Positions 62,000 to 64,000 of a stretch of DNA of 64,000 nucleotides are shown piece after piece. The notes under the pieces were generated by a model. The model saw nothing but the letters and a program-made list of their open reading frames with translations. It ran no database searches and was not told where the DNA came from. Numbering within the stretch: the stretch's first letter is position 1; every line of letters begins with the position of its first letter. Both the position numbers and the translations under genes were made by a program. Source of the DNA: Felis catus (Eukaryota); NCBI RefSeq assembly GCF_018350175.1, contig NC_058368.1, forward strand, positions 113,090,001 through 113,154,000, written 5' to 3'.

Positions 62000-62328
62000 G
62001 AAAGTTTTCCTTCCTCTTCTTTTTTCTGGAAAAGTTTGAGAAGAATAGGTATTAACTCTTCTTCACATGTTTGGTAGAAATTGTCTGTGAAACCATCTGG
62101 TTCTGGGCTTTTGTTTGTTCGGAGTTTTTTTAATAATTCGATTTCACTGGTGGTAATTGTTCTGTTCAAATTTTCTATTTCTTCTTGCTTTACTTTTGGT
62201 CAGTTACATGTTTCTAGGAATTTATCCATTTCTTCTAGGTTGTCAAATTTGTTGGCATATAATTTTTTATAGTATTGTCTTAAAATCATTTGTATTTCTG
62301 TGGTATTGGTTGTTATTTCTACTCTTTT

Positions 62329-62547
62329 TTTTAAATTTTTTTTTCAACGTTTATTTATTTTTGGGACAGAGAGAGACAGAGCATGAACGGGGGAGGGGCA
62401 GAGAAAGAGGGAGACACAGAATCGGAAACAGGCTCCAGGCTCTGAGCCATCAGCCCAGAGCCTGACGCGGGGCTCGAACTCACGGACCGCGAGATCGTGA
62501 CCTGGCTGAAGTCGGACGCTTAACCCACTGTGCCACCCAGGCGCCCC
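62329..62547 (-). mobile_element. Can-SINE (young SINEC_Fc type) inside L1
   Basis: Perfect TSD gttatttctactctttt at 62312-62328 and 62548-62564. Confidence 0.97.
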
Positions 62548-62592
62548 GTTATTTCTACTCTTTTATTAGTGATTTTGTTTATTTGAATCCTT

Positions 62593-62645
<53 letters not shown>

Positions 62646-63355
62646 GTCTCTCTGTCTCTCTACTTCTGATGAGTCTGGCTAGTAGTAGTCTTCAATTTTG
62701 TTGCTCTTTTCATAGAAAAAGCTACTGGTTTTATTGATGTGTTCTATTGTTATTTCGTTTCTGTATCATTCATATCTGTTGTAATCTTTATTTCATTTTT
62801 TGTGCTCTGTTTGAGTTTTGTTTACTCTTCTTTTTCTAGCTCCTTTAAATGTTCAGGTTAGCTTGTTGTTTTGAGATTTTTCTTGCTTCTTGAAATAAGT
62901 ATTGCTCTATACTTCCCTCTTACAACCACTTTCGCTGCATCCCACCGAATTTGGACTGTTGTATTTTAATTTTTGTTAGTTTCCATGTAGTTTTTAAATC
63001 CTTCTTTGATTTCTTGATTGATCTCCTCATTGCTTAGTAGCATGTTATTTAGCCTCCATGTATTTGTGCTTTTTCCAGATTTTTCTCGTAATTGATTTCT
63101 AGTTTCATAGCATTGTCATTATAATTAGAAAAGATGTATGGTATAATTTTGATTGTCTTGAATTTTTTTTGTGTCCTAATATGTGATCTATTCTGGAGAA
63201 TCTTCCATGTGCACTTGAGAAGAATGTATATTCTGCTGTTTTAGGATGAAATATTCTGAATATATCCGGTAAATCCATCTGATCCAGTGTGTCATTCAAA
63301 ACCACAGTTTCCTTGTTGATTTTCTCTTTGGGTGATCTGTGCATTAATGTAAGTG

Positions 63356-63920
63356 GAGTGTTAAAGTTCTCTGCTATTATTGTATTACTATCAGTTAATT
63401 TCTTTATGTTTGTTATTAACTCTTTTATGTATTTGGGTATGTATTCCTGTTAAGTGCATAAATATTGAAAATTGTTATATCTTCCTGTTGGATTGTCCCC
63501 TTTCTGATTGTATGGTGTCTTTTTTTGTCTCTTGCTACAATCTTTTTTAAAGTCTATTTTGTCCCTTATAAGTGATGCTACTCCAGCTTTGTTTTGACAT
63601 GCATCCCCTCACTTTCAATCTGCAGGTGTCTTTAGGTAGAGTGTTAAAGTTCTCTGCTATTATTGTATTACTATCAGTTAATTTCTTTATGTTTGTTATT
63701 AACTCTTTTATGTATTTGGGTATGTATTCCTGTTAGGTGCATAAATATTGAAAATTGTTATATCGTCCTGTTGGATTGTCCCCTTTCTGATTATATAGTG
63801 TCCTCCTTTGTCTCTTGCTACAGTATTTTTTAAAGTCTATTTTGTCCCATATAAGTGATGCTAATCCAGCTTTGTTTTGACATGCATCCCCTCACTTTCA
63901 ATCTGCAGGTGTCTTTAGGT
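63356..63920. repeat. Tandem duplication of 282 bp (63356-63637 and 63639-63920) within the L1 endonuclease region
   Basis: Both copies run gagtgttaaagttctctgctattattg...atctgcaggtgtctttaggt; I count 11 substitutions and no indels. Confidence 0.95.
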
Positions 63921-64000
63921 CTACAGTCTCTTTTAGACCACATGTAAATAAATGGGTGTTGTTTTTTTATCCCCTGTTACCCTCTGTCTTTTGATTGGAG

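Larger units (their letters stand above)
58637..64000 (-). mobile_element. Carnivore L1 (L1_Carn type), 3'UTR through ORF2 into the endonuclease region, continuing past the window edge; inactivated
   Basis: 3'UTR ttaattccagtacagttaacatacagtattatattagtttt. ORF2 remnants [49 protein letters not shown]. Confidence 0.93.

Noticed and set aside
1..64000. A novel multi-gene or defence-type system
   Set aside because: No intact non-TE coding sequence, operon-like structure, endogenous viral ORF or processed pseudogene could be supported; every protein motif I recognised belongs to LINE-1.

Overview
Mammalian genomic DNA from a cat-family animal (Felidae/Feliformia), judged from 19 tRNA-derived Can-SINE (SINEC_Fc-type) copies or fragments and carnivore/felid LINE-1s. 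The window is intronic or intergenic and, by my manual tally, roughly 55-60% interspersed repeat. I could not recognise any cellular protein-coding gene, RNA gene, CRISPR array or novel multi-gene system. The ORF-track entries whose protein I recognise are all LINE-1 ORF1/ORF2 remnants; the rest are SINE or microsatellite read-throughs or short unassignable frames. Main content: a full-length but inactivated felid L1 with an 18-bp TSD (24156-30946, minus); a near-full-length ancient eutherian L1 (about 48935-57448, minus) carrying many younger insertions; a carnivore L1 running off the right edge (58637-64000, minus); two twin-primed (5'-inverted) L1 insertions; MaLR/ERVL solo LTRs; hAT MITEs; and MIR/L2 relics. 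The most unusual sequence-level signals are: a fold-back (inverted) duplication of a MER63 segment giving a 158-bp hairpin; a perfect 46-bp purine-pyrimidine palindrome; a 51-bp micro-inversion bounded by AGCT inside an old L1; a 282-bp tandem duplication in an L1 endonuclease region; an L1 5' end apparently fused directly to an L1 3' end; convergent CTCF-like motifs; and several strong splice-signal configurations (a 13-nt microexon candidate and recursive-splice-like sites) that may mark an unrecognised host transcript. Repeat subfamily names come from my memory of consensus sequences and need RepeatMasker/Dfam confirmation.
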